From Nitrospirota bacterium (GTDB taxonomy: Bacteria > Nitrospirota > Thermodesulfovibrionia > Thermodesulfovibrionales > JdFR-88): a stretch of DNA of 64,000 nt. The stretch is from the NCBI GenBank assembly GCA_021789555.1, contig JAJYJK010000009.1, positions 5,222 to 69,221 of the forward strand, read 5' to 3'. Of the stretch, positions 50,721-59,881 are shown piece by piece; within the stretch, counting starts at the first letter, position 1; each line of letters starts with the position of its first letter. Under the pieces are notes generated by a model. That model did not search any database. It was not told the origin of the DNA and was given only the letters and a program-made list of their open reading frames with translations. The position numbers were made by a program, and so were the translations under genes.

Positions 50721-52721
50721 ATGCTAAAATCGGTGATGGCCTTTTTCGACCTCGTCTTCCCCCTGAAACTAAAGCCGCTTACCTACGAGATGGAAGGGGC
50801 AAAAACGCTTCTGCCCGGCACGGTGGTGGAGGCGGAGCTTAAAAAGACGATAAGGCGCGCGCTTATCCTGGATGAAAATTTGCCGGGTGAAAACGTATCG
50901 GGCGAGGGCAGGGGGCAAGGGGCCGGAAAATTCCCGACAAAGACCATAAAATCGGTCCTGACCGATGGGCCGGCCATAAGCGCGCCCCTCCTTGGCCTCC
51001 TTAAATGGATGGCCGGGTATTACATGGTCCCGGAGGGACTGGCGCTGAAGGTGATGTTTGGAGGGGAGCTCTTCGAGAAGGGCAAGCCAAGGAAGGCAAA
51101 AAGGCCGGAGAGGGGCGGGACGCGCCCCGCCGGCGCGGAGGCCCCAGCCGCCCTTTTGACCGCGTCCGATGCAGTGGCCGCGCTGACCCGCATCAGGCAG
51201 GCGCAGGATTACCGCGCCTTCCTCCTGCACGCGCCAAACGGTCCCTTCGAAGGCGAGCTCGCCCTGGAGGCATCCAGGGACCAAAAAGGCGTTATCGTCA
51301 TCTGCCCCGAGCGTTCGAGGATGATGGAATACGAGCGCCGCATGAAGCCCGTCTTCGGAGGGCGGCTGTGCGTCCTTCACGGAGGGCTTACATCCGCGAA
51401 AAGAAGGTTTGCCTACGAAAAGATACTTGCGGGGGAAACTGACGTGGTGCTGGGCACCAGGGTCGCCGTCTTCGCCCCCCTGAAGAAGGTCTCCCTGATA
51501 ATACTCACCGGGGAGGAAGACCCGAATTACAAAAACCGGCAGGACGTGAGATACGGGACAAGGGAAGTGGCCGTAATGCGCGCCTGGCTTGAGAAGGCCC
51601 GCGTGCTTCTAAGCTCCATCTGCCCGTCGGCCGAATCCTACCTTAACGCCCTGCGCGGAAAATACGAATACCTGCGCTTCCCCGGAGAAAAGCCCGCCGT
51701 AAGGGTCCTCCTTGATTCAAAGAAAAAAAGCGGCAGCGGACTTCCCGCCGGGGGAGACATCATGGACAGGGCCATAACCGCCGCTTTTGCCGGGGCCCTG
51801 GAGAAAGGCAGAAACGCGCTGCTGGTGGCAAACAGGCCGGGGCATTCCGTGCCCCTCTGCGAGGACTGCGGCCACTTCGAGCGCTGCCCGTCCTGCGGCA
51901 CAGCTCTGGTTTTGCACAAGACCCTCAAGGCAAAAAAGGCCGGGGCCTCCGCCTCTCTCCTCTGCCACCACTGCGGGTTTGTCAAAGGCGCTCAGGAGAC
52001 ATGCGGCGTCTGCGGCGGCCACGGCCTGAAACCGCTTGGCGCGGGCATTGAAAGACTGAAGGAGGAGGCGGAAAGGCTCCTGACCGGCACGATGGGCATA
52101 AAAATTGTCGATCGGGGCAAGAAAACTGAAAAACCGGAAGACGCCCCGGAGGCCCTTTTGCCCCTTCTTTATCTCGGCACAAAGCGGGTCTCGAAAATTG
52201 CAGGGGAGGCGGGGGCGGCAAGGCCGAAAATTGCGGCGCTTATCTACCCGGAGTCTGCCTTCTTCAGGCCGGGTTTCAGGTCGAGGGAAAGGGTCTTTGC
52301 CGAGATAAACCACCTTGCCGACAGGCTTTCCGCAGACGGGAAGATCATCATCCAGACGAAGACGCCGGAACTCTTTCGGGCCATGAAGGAGCTTGATTAT
52401 GAGGGGTTCATGAAAGAGGAGCTTGAAGAAAGAAAGGCCCTGGGCTACCCGCCCTTTTCAAAAATCGCTCAAATAACCATTGAAGCGCCCACTAAACCAA
52501 TGCCCGCGCAAGCGCCCCCTCCGGTAAAGACCCGAAGCGGCGTGGAAATCCCCGACGCCCAGGTATTGGGGCCCATAGAGAAGACGGATGAAAAGGGGAA
52601 GAAATTTTTTTTGCTCCTCGTAAAGGCCCCCACGGCCCGGGCCCTCAAGGCGGCTGTCGGCGCCGCGCTAAGGACGATCGCCCCCGGGGCAAAGGTGACG
52701 GTCGATATCGACCCGGCGTAG
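50721..52721 (+). CDS. priA: Primosomal protein N' (PriA) homolog with degenerate helicase motifs
   Basis: PriA architecture including the Cys-rich region CEDCGHFERCPSCG...CHHCG...CGVCG. Walker A reads HAPNGPFEG and Walker B reads LTGEED (see finding). Confidence 0.8.
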   Translation: MLKSVMAFFDLVFPLKLKPLTYEMEGAKTLLPGTVVEAELKKTIRRALILDENLPGENVSGEGRGQGAGKFPTKTIKSVLTDGPAISAPLLGLLKWMAGYYMVPEGLALKVMFGGELFEKGKPRKAKRPERGGTRPAGAEAPAALLTASDAVAALTRIRQAQDYRAFLLHAPNGPFEGELALEASRDQKGVIVICPERSRMMEYERRMKPVFGGRLCVLHGGLTSAKRRFAYEKILAGETDVVLGTRVAVFAPLKKVSLIILTGEEDPNYKNRQDVRYGTREVAVMRAWLEKARVLLSSICPSAESYLNALRGKYEYLRFPGEKPAVRVLLDSKKKSGSGLPAGGDIMDRAITAAFAGALEKGRNALLVANRPGHSVPLCEDCGHFERCPSCGTALVLHKTLKAKKAGASASLLCHHCGFVKGAQETCGVCGGHGLKPLGAGIERLKEEAERLLTGTMGIKIVDRGKKTEKPEDAPEALLPLLYLGTKRVSKIAGEAGAARPKIAALIYPESAFFRPGFRSRERVFAEINHLADRLSADGKIIIQTKTPELFRAMKELDYEGFMKEELEERKALGYPPFSKIAQITIEAPTKPMPAQAPPPVKTRSGVEIPDAQVLGPIEKTDEKGKKFFLLLVKAPTARALKAAVGAALRTIAPGAKVTVDIDPA

Positions 52722-52772
52722 CCCCCGTTTGCCTTCTCCCTCACAATGCCCCATTAATCTATTCGCATTTCC

Positions 52773-52823
52773 GGGGGGCATTGGGGAGGGGGCAGGGGTG
52801 GGTTAAAGGGCGGGAGGGCGGGG
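52773..52823 (+). repeat. G-tract cluster (9 runs of G3-6) in the deaD leader/promoter region
   Basis: GGGGGGcattGGGGaGGGGGcaGGGGtGGGttaaaGGGcGGGaGGGcGGGG. Confidence 0.7.
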
Positions 52824-52937
52824 ATTCATGTTAAAATACAAAGCTGCCGATTTTGCGGGGCAAATGCCCGAACAAGCTTCCTGCCGCTAAAAGAAAGCAA
52901 GCAAAAATCGATTCCCGGTATAGAAGGAGAATTCCAA

Positions 52938-54527
52938 GTGTATAAGAATTTCCATGATTTCGATATCTCGGATAAAGTCCTTGTCTGCCTCTCCGAGATG
53001 GGCTTTGAGGAGCCCACGCCCATACAGAAAGCGGCCATCCCGCAGGCGCTCAAGGGAAAGGACATCATCGGCCAGGCCCAGACAGGCACAGGCAAGACGG
53101 CCGCCTTCGGCATTCCCCTGCTGGAACAGCGCCCCCCCGAACAAGGGCCGGGCGCCAGCAGATATCCTTACGCCCTCGTACTTACCCCCACGCGCGAACT
53201 CGCGGTGCAGGTATGTGAGGAGATGGGCAAGATTGGGGCCCGGACAGGGGTTTGCTGCCTGCCTGTCTACGGCGGCCAGTCCATAGAGCTGCAGATAAGG
53301 AGCCTGAAAAAGGGCGCAGGCATAGTGGTGGGGACCCCCGGCCGGATTCTTGATCATATCCGGAGGAAAACACTCGTCCTCAGGGAAATCAGGACCGTCG
53401 TCCTCGATGAGGCCGATGAGATGCTGAATATGGGTTTTATCGAAGATATCAAAAAGATTTTGGGTGAAATTCCCGAAGAGCGCCAGACCATGCTGTTTTC
53501 GGCCACCATGCCAGGGGAAATCCTGGCGATTGCGAAAAATTACATGAAAAAGCCCGTGCACGTCAGCGTCGATGCCGGCCAGATGGTAGTGGCCAGGATA
53601 AAGCAGGTCTTCTACGAGGTGCGCGATGAGGACAAGATAAAGGCGCTCACCCGTCTGCTGGATGTCGAGGGGCCTGCCCTGACGCTTGTCTTTTGCCACA
53701 CCAAAAAAGAGGTCGACGAGGTGGCGGGCAAGCTCCAGCAGATGGGATACCCGGCCGGTGCGATCCACGGGGATTTCACCCAGGGCCACAGGGACGAGAT
53801 GATGCGAAAATTCAAAAAAGGTGAGATCGACATACTGGTGGCCACGGACGTCGCGGCCCGCGGCCTGGACGTCCCCGATGTCTCTCATGTCATCAACTTC
53901 AGCATACCGCAGGACCCCGAAGGCTACATCCACCGGATCGGCAGGACAGGCAGGGCCGGCAAACCGGGAATTGCCATCACCCTGGTCACGCCCAGGCAGT
54001 ACCGCCAGCTGAGGCTCATCGAACAATCGGCAAAGACCCTCATCAGGAAAGAGAAACTCCCGGGCAAGGCCGAGGTCGAAAAGGCGCGGCAGGACGACCT
54101 GGCCGCCGGCATGGAGGAAATTATCGCCGGCGGCAAACATGCCGCCCTTTATCCGCTCGCGGATAGGCTCTCCGAAAAGCACTCTGCGCGGGACATCGCG
54201 GCCGCGGCCATGCATATGGTGCTTGGCGATGTGAATATCGAAGAGATTGAGGAGATCAGGAGCGGCTACGATGAGGGTAAAAAAGACCACATCCGCCTCT
54301 TTATGACCATAGGCAGGAAAGACCGGATCAAGGTCGAGGATATCGTCAGGTCCATCGCCGCCGAGGCGAACATCCCTGTCCGCAAGATAGGCAAGATCGC
54401 GCTCTACGAGACTTTCAGTTTCGTCGAAGTGCCCGCCGGCCTTGCCGACCGGGTCATTGGAGCAGTCAACGACAGCATCATAAAGGGGAGAAAGGTCAAG
54501 ATAGGCCCCGCCAGGAAAAAGGCGTGA
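52938..54527 (+). CDS. deaD: DEAD-box ATP-dependent RNA helicase with DbpA-type C-terminal RNA-binding domain
   Basis: PTPIQ, AQTGTGKT, DEAD, SAT, HGD, HRIGRTGRAG. GTG start with a GAAGGAG SD. Confidence 0.9.
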   Translation: MYKNFHDFDISDKVLVCLSEMGFEEPTPIQKAAIPQALKGKDIIGQAQTGTGKTAAFGIPLLEQRPPEQGPGASRYPYALVLTPTRELAVQVCEEMGKIGARTGVCCLPVYGGQSIELQIRSLKKGAGIVVGTPGRILDHIRRKTLVLREIRTVVLDEADEMLNMGFIEDIKKILGEIPEERQTMLFSATMPGEILAIAKNYMKKPVHVSVDAGQMVVARIKQVFYEVRDEDKIKALTRLLDVEGPALTLVFCHTKKEVDEVAGKLQQMGYPAGAIHGDFTQGHRDEMMRKFKKGEIDILVATDVAARGLDVPDVSHVINFSIPQDPEGYIHRIGRTGRAGKPGIAITLVTPRQYRQLRLIEQSAKTLIRKEKLPGKAEVEKARQDDLAAGMEEIIAGGKHAALYPLADRLSEKHSARDIAAAAMHMVLGDVNIEEIEEIRSGYDEGKKDHIRLFMTIGRKDRIKVEDIVRSIAAEANIPVRKIGKIALYETFSFVEVPAGLADRVIGAVNDSIIKGRKVKIGPARKKA

Positions 54528-54559
54528 AATGACCCCCGGGCCAGGATTACCGTCCTGGA

Positions 54560-55513
54560 TTAAATTATACTGACGGCCTCGGCGGCAAGGATTTTTCTCG
54601 CCTCCACGACGTCCCCGGCGATGGCCGCCTTCAGGGCATCGGGGGATGGGAATTTCTCCTCGTTCCTGATCCTCTTTATGAAATATATCCTGAGGTTCGC
54701 CCCGAGGATATCGCCGCTGAAATCCATTATGTAGACCTCGGATGTGAGCTTGCCCCCGTTGAAGGTCGGGTTTGTCCCGATGTTCAGGACGCCGTCCAGG
54801 ACTTTGCCGTTCAATCTCGCCCTCACCGCATATACCCCTTCTTTTGGAATCAGCTCATGCGGGGAGAAGATATTGGCGGTCGGAAAACCCAGCAACCTTG
54901 CGCCCCGGCCCGCGCCTTTTTCGACGGTCCCCTCTATCATATAAGCCCTGCCCAGGAGCCGGGAGGCATCCAGGACGCGGCCCCTCTCAAGGAGCCCCCG
55001 TATCCGGCTGCTGCTGACGACCTGCCCGCCGGCGCGCACATTACGCACCACGGTGAGCTTGAAACCGTATCTCGCCGCCCTCCTCCTGAGAAGGGCGGTC
55101 GTGCCCTTTTTGGCCCTGCCGAAGGCGTAATCGTGGCCCACTATTACCCAGGCCGGGCGGAGTTTGTCCACGAGGACGCGCCTTATGAAGTCGTCCGCCT
55201 CAAGGCACGCGAACCCCCTGTTGAAGTTTATGAGCAGGAGATGCTCAATCCCCATAAGGCCCATTATTCGAGCCTTCTCCTCGGTCGGGGTCATGAGGCT
55301 CGGGGCCCTCTCCGGCGCGAGCACCTTCACCGGATGGGGGTCGAAGCTCATCGCCATGGATACGCCGCCTATCGATTTTGCCGCCTCGACCACCCTGCCC
55401 ATTATCTTCTGGTGGCCTATATGCAGTCCGTCAAAATTCCCGATGGTGAGGACCAGGTTGGGATATGCGCCCCGCCCGGACCCGAGCCCCTCCAGCCCCC
55501 TGATGATCTCTAT
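54560..55513 (-). CDS. ribF: Bifunctional riboflavin kinase/FAD synthetase; conserved N-terminus lacks a canonical start codon
   Basis: The first ATG/GTG/TTG is at 55402, but the frame stays open upstream. That upstream stretch encodes EIIRGLEGLGSGRGAYPNLVLTIGNFDGLHIGHQKI, the essential nucleotidyltransferase motif. A proposed ATA (55513) start overlaps the coaE TAG. Confidence 0.8.
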   Translation of the reverse strand: MEIIRGLEGLGSGRGAYPNLVLTIGNFDGLHIGHQKIMGRVVEAAKSIGGVSMAMSFDPHPVKVLAPERAPSLMTPTEEKARIMGLMGIEHLLLINFNRGFACLEADDFIRRVLVDKLRPAWVIVGHDYAFGRAKKGTTALLRRRAARYGFKLTVVRNVRAGGQVVSSSRIRGLLERGRVLDASRLLGRAYMIEGTVEKGAGRGARLLGFPTANIFSPHELIPKEGVYAVRARLNGKVLDGVLNIGTNPTFNGGKLTSEVYIMDFSGDILGANLRIYFIKRIRNEEKFPSPDALKAAIAGDVVEARKILAAEAVSII

Positions 55514-56100
55514 TTCCTGCCCCCTTTGCCCGCAAGATCCTCGTATATGCGCCTGGCCTGTCTGGCGGTCTCTTCGATGTCCCCCTGGTTATTGATCACG
55601 TAATCGGCCCTCTTTATCTTCTGGGCAATCGCCATCTGGACGGCAAGCCTCTGTCTTGCGCTTTCGCGGGACACCCCGCCTTCTTCGAGGCGCGCCAAGG
55701 CGGTCTGCTCATCCGCATATACCGCGATCACCTTGTCGAAGGCGCCCTCGTAGCCCTTCTCATAAAGAAGGGGCACCTCAACGAAGGCGACCTCGGCGCC
55801 TGATTTCGAAAGCGCCTCCTCTATCCTCCCTATGGCCATGGGATGGATGATGCCTTCCACCGCCGCTCTCGCCGCCCCGTCGGTGAAGATGAGACCGGCG
55901 AGCTTATTCTTCGAAAGTCCATCGCCTTCAAATACCCCGTCCCCGGCGGCCTTCCTTATCCTTTCAAGCACGTCCCCGTCTTCAAGGAGTTCAGCCACTA
56001 TACGGTCGGCGTCGATGCAAAGGGCCCCCAACCGCTTGAATATCGCCAGCACCGTGCTCTTGCCGCTCCCGTAATTGCCGGTCAAGGCCACTTTTACCAC
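55510..56100 (-). CDS. coaE: Dephospho-CoA kinase
   Basis: VALTGNYGSGKSTV and the overall CoaE length. Confidence 0.9.
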   Translation of the reverse strand: MVKVALTGNYGSGKSTVLAIFKRLGALCIDADRIVAELLEDGDVLERIRKAAGDGVFEGDGLSKNKLAGLIFTDGAARAAVEGIIHPMAIGRIEEALSKSGAEVAFVEVPLLYEKGYEGAFDKVIAVYADEQTALARLEEGGVSRESARQRLAVQMAIAQKIKRADYVINNQGDIEETARQARRIYEDLAGKGGRK

Positions 56101-56283
56101 AGGATATTATACACCAAGCGCCCGGCCCCCCATGACGTGTCCATCGATATTGATGCTGGCTGGAGGAGGCGGGAGCAGCAATCAGGGGCAAGCGGGTGGG
56201 ATTGAAAATTGGCCGTCTATACTTTAATCTTAAAGGTAAGAAGAAAGATAAAATACAACCCGAATTCTTTAAAGGAGACCGTT

Positions 56284-57540
56284 ATGGATATAAAAGAGTT
56301 CGTGACGGCAAAGGCCAGGGACGCGCGCGCGGGGGCAAGAGACCTCCTGAAAGCCGGCTCCGACAGGAAAAACGTCCTCCTGGTGAAGATGGCCGACGCC
56401 CTCCTGGAGCACGCGGGCACCCTGATGGAGGAAAACGCGAAGGACGTCGAATACGCCCGGGGCAAGGGGCTCTCAAAGGCGCTCGTGGACAGGCTCACCC
56501 TGGATGAAAAGCGGATAAAGGAGATGGCATGCGGCTTGAGGGAGGTTGCCGCCCTGCCCGACCCCGTGGGAGAGATACTGCATATGAGGCAGAGGCCAAA
56601 CGGCATGCAAGTGGGCAGGATGCGGGTCCCCATCGGCGTCATCGGCATAATCTACGAGGCGCGGCCGAATGTCACCGCGGACGCCACCGCCCTCTGCCTG
56701 AAGGCTGGAAACGCGGTCGTCCTCCGGGGGGGCTCGGAGGCGATAAATTCAAACCGCGCCATAGTTGGCATCCTCCGGGACGAGGCGAGGAAGGAAGGCC
56801 TCCACGAGGGGATTATAAACTTCATAGACATCCCGGAGCGACAGGCCGTAATGGAGATGCTGAAGCTGGAGGACATGATCGACCTCATCATCCCGAGGGG
56901 CGGAGAGGGGCTCATACGGACGGTGACTGAAAACTCCCGCATCCCGGTCCTGAAACACTACAAGGGGGTCTGCCACGTCTTCGTGGACAGGGACGCGGAC
57001 CTGATAATGGCCGAGGAGATCTGCCTGAACGCGAAGGTCCAGCGCCCCGGCACCTGCAACGCGATGGAGACGATGCTTGTGGACGAGCCCATCGCAGAGG
57101 GATTCCTGCCAAAGGTGCTGAAATCGCTCGAGGACAAGGGTGTGGCCCTGAAAGGCGACCAGAGGACGCGCGAGATATACCCCGGAATCGACGAGGCGGG
57201 CAAGGAGGACTATTACAAGGAATACCTGGACCTCATACTGAATGTGCGCGTCGTAGGCGGCATCGACGAGGCGATGGAGCACATAGCCACGTACGGCTCC
57301 GCCCATACCGACACGATAGTGACGATGAACTACGAAAAGGCGATGAGGTTCTTACGAGAGGTCGACTCCTCGGCGGTGATGGTAAACGCATCCACCAGGC
57401 TCAATGACGGCGGGCAGTTCGGGCTCGGGGCCGAGATCGGCATATCGACGGACAAGATCCACGCGCGCGGGCCGATGGGCCTGGAGGAGCTGACCTGCGC
57501 CAAGTTCATCGTCTTTGGGAGCGGCCAGCTAAGACAGTGA
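56284..57540 (+). CDS. proA: Glutamate-5-semialdehyde dehydrogenase
   Basis: ATG 56284 with an AAAGGAG SD. PIGVIGIIYEARPNVT, GTCNAMETMLV, STRLNDGGQFGLGAE. Confidence 0.95.
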   Translation: MDIKEFVTAKARDARAGARDLLKAGSDRKNVLLVKMADALLEHAGTLMEENAKDVEYARGKGLSKALVDRLTLDEKRIKEMACGLREVAALPDPVGEILHMRQRPNGMQVGRMRVPIGVIGIIYEARPNVTADATALCLKAGNAVVLRGGSEAINSNRAIVGILRDEARKEGLHEGIINFIDIPERQAVMEMLKLEDMIDLIIPRGGEGLIRTVTENSRIPVLKHYKGVCHVFVDRDADLIMAEEICLNAKVQRPGTCNAMETMLVDEPIAEGFLPKVLKSLEDKGVALKGDQRTREIYPGIDEAGKEDYYKEYLDLILNVRVVGGIDEAMEHIATYGSAHTDTIVTMNYEKAMRFLREVDSSAVMVNASTRLNDGGQFGLGAEIGISTDKIHARGPMGLEELTCAKFIVFGSGQLRQ

Positions 57541-57554
57541 AAGAAAAACGGGCG

Positions 57555-58307
57555 ATGAAGAAGACCACACTGGGCGAACGCGAGCTGAAACGCTACAACA
57601 GGCAGATGCTCATGGAGGGCTGGGGTGAGGAGACCCAGAAGAAGCTGAAGGACTCCACCGTCTTCATAGCCGGCGCCGGAGGGCTCGGCTCTCCGGTGGC
57701 CATCTACCTGGCCGTGGCGGGCATCGGACATCTGAGGATATGCGACTTCGACTCCCCGGACTGGTCTAACCTCAACCGGCAGGTGCTCCACAACCACTCC
57801 AGGATAGGCGTAAACAAGGCCGTCTCCGGCAAGATGACCCTCGACGAGCTGAACCCCGACATAAGCGTCACGGCGTTTGCCGAAAAGATAACCGCGGACA
57901 GCGTGGAGGCGCTCGTGGGCGAGGCGGACATAATCCTCGACTGCATGGACAATTTCCCGACCAGATACATCCTTAACGAATGCGCCATGCGGAAATCCAT
58001 CCCGCTTGTCTTCGGCAGCATCCGGGGGATGGAGGGGCGGATGAGTTTTATAAAAACCCCGGATACCCCTTGTTTGAAGTGCATATACCCCGAGGCCCCG
58101 CCCCCTGAAATCTTTCCGGTCGTCGGCGCAACACCGGGGGTCATCGGCTCCCTGCAGGTGATCGAGACCCTGAAATACCTGACCGGCATCGGCGAGACCC
58201 ACAAGGGCAAGCTCCTCGTCTGGGACGGCTACAATACGCAGTTCAAAAGCTACAGGACTTTCAAGGAACCTGAATGCCCCTGCTGCGGCAATCACAAGTC
58301 CGCCTGA
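57555..58307 (+). CDS. ThiF/MoeB/HesA-family E1-like adenylyltransferase
   Basis: RYNRQ..., FIAGAGGLGSPVAIYLAVAGIG, CxxC pairs (CLKC, CPCC). An alternative GTG start at 57537 overlaps the proA stop. Confidence 0.8.
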   Translation: MKKTTLGERELKRYNRQMLMEGWGEETQKKLKDSTVFIAGAGGLGSPVAIYLAVAGIGHLRICDFDSPDWSNLNRQVLHNHSRIGVNKAVSGKMTLDELNPDISVTAFAEKITADSVEALVGEADIILDCMDNFPTRYILNECAMRKSIPLVFGSIRGMEGRMSFIKTPDTPCLKCIYPEAPPPEIFPVVGATPGVIGSLQVIETLKYLTGIGETHKGKLLVWDGYNTQFKSYRTFKEPECPCCGNHKSA

Positions 58308-58326
58308 GAGCCCCTTTTATTGCCAT

Positions 58327-59757
58327 ATGAACCTCGACGATAAGGTAAAAAAACTCGAATCCATCGACAAGGCCCACATCTGGCATCCCTTCACGCAGAT
58401 GAGGGAATGGGCGGAGGGCGCGCCCCTTATAATCACCGAGGGAAGAGACTGCTTCATAAAAGACATCCGGGGCGGATGGTATCTTGACGGCGTCTCGTCC
58501 CTCTGGGTGAACATCTTCGGCCACAGGAAAAAAGAGATCGACGAGGCCATCGCCCGGCAATTGGAAAAGGCCGCCCATACGACCCTCCTGGGGCTTGCAA
58601 GCGAGGCCTCGATAGAGCTGGCGGGAAGGCTTGCCGGGCTCATGGAAAAGAGTTTTGCCCCGGCTGCGAAAGACAGGCAGTTGACAAGGATATTTTACTC
58701 CGACAACGGGTCGACCGCGGTCGAGGTCGCGCTTAAAATGGCGTTTCAATACTGGCAACAAAAAGATGAAAAAAGCAAACGGCTCTTCGTCTCGCTTGAA
58801 AACGGATATCACGGGGACACATTGGGGGCCGTTAGCGTCGGGGGGGTGGACATATTCCATTCCGCCTTCAAGCCCCTGCTCTTTGAGACCATCAAGGCGC
58901 CTTCGCCCTATTGTTACAGGTGCGCCCTTGGGCTCAATTATTCAATTAATGAATCCAAAAGCGGGCCGGATTGCTCCCTGGCCTGCGCCGACGCGGTGGA
59001 GGAGATATTAAAAACCCGCCGCGATGAGATAGCCGGCTTCATAATGGAGCCGCTCGTGCAGGCCGCGGGCGGGATGATAATCCATCCGCCCGGCTATTTG
59101 AGCAAGGTAAAAGGGCTTTGCGAGAAATACGGCGTGCTCTTCATTGCCGACGAAGTGGCGACCGGGTTTGGCAGGACGGGCAGGATGTTCGCCTGCGAGC
59201 ATGAAGGCGTGACGCCCGATATAATATGCCTCTCGAAGGGGATTACGGGCGGCTATCTGCCCCTTGCCGCCACGGTCACGAACGATGAAGTCTATGGGGC
59301 TTTCCTTGGCGGCTACGAAGAGCTAAAAACCTTTTTCCACGGGCACTCCTATACCGGAAACCCCCTGGCCTGCGCCGCCGCGTCCGCGGCGCTTGAAATC
59401 TTCGAGAGGGAAAAGGTCCTGGCGGACCTGCCGGAAAAGATGGGACTGATCGCCGCGGGACTGAAAGAGCTGGAAACAAACACAGGGGCCGGGGGGCCCG
59501 GGATAGGCGAGGCGAAAAACCTCGGGCTCATGGGGCGGATCGAACTGGTGAAGGACAGGGAAAGCCGGCGGCCTTATGCCTGGCAGGAGCGGACCGGCTG
59601 GAAGGTGGCGCGGAGGGCCCTCGAACGGGGCCTCTTCATCCGCCCCCTGGGCAGCGTGATAGTCATCATGCCGCCGCTTGCCATAAGCCTTGAAAACCTG
59701 AAACGTATGATCGATGTCATCCGTGAGAGCATAGAGGACGTCCTCGGCCGGGCGTGA
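58327..59757 (+). CDS. bioA: Adenosylmethionine-8-amino-7-oxononanoate aminotransferase
   Basis: IWHPFTQM, class III aminotransferase, ADEVATGFGRTG, SKGITGGYLPL. Confidence 0.85.
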   Translation: MNLDDKVKKLESIDKAHIWHPFTQMREWAEGAPLIITEGRDCFIKDIRGGWYLDGVSSLWVNIFGHRKKEIDEAIARQLEKAAHTTLLGLASEASIELAGRLAGLMEKSFAPAAKDRQLTRIFYSDNGSTAVEVALKMAFQYWQQKDEKSKRLFVSLENGYHGDTLGAVSVGGVDIFHSAFKPLLFETIKAPSPYCYRCALGLNYSINESKSGPDCSLACADAVEEILKTRRDEIAGFIMEPLVQAAGGMIIHPPGYLSKVKGLCEKYGVLFIADEVATGFGRTGRMFACEHEGVTPDIICLSKGITGGYLPLAATVTNDEVYGAFLGGYEELKTFFHGHSYTGNPLACAAASAALEIFEREKVLADLPEKMGLIAAGLKELETNTGAGGPGIGEAKNLGLMGRIELVKDRESRRPYAWQERTGWKVARRALERGLFIRPLGSVIVIMPPLAISLENLKRMIDVIRESIEDVLGRA

Positions 59758-59881
59758 CCGGTCCTGGAGTCGGCGATTTTTTGTTTTTTGCCTGGGCAAT
59801 TTACCTTATTTTTTGCTATCGTATTAACTGCATAGGGGCAGCGGGGCAACAGGGCAGCGAATACTTCCAAAGGAGGCATGC

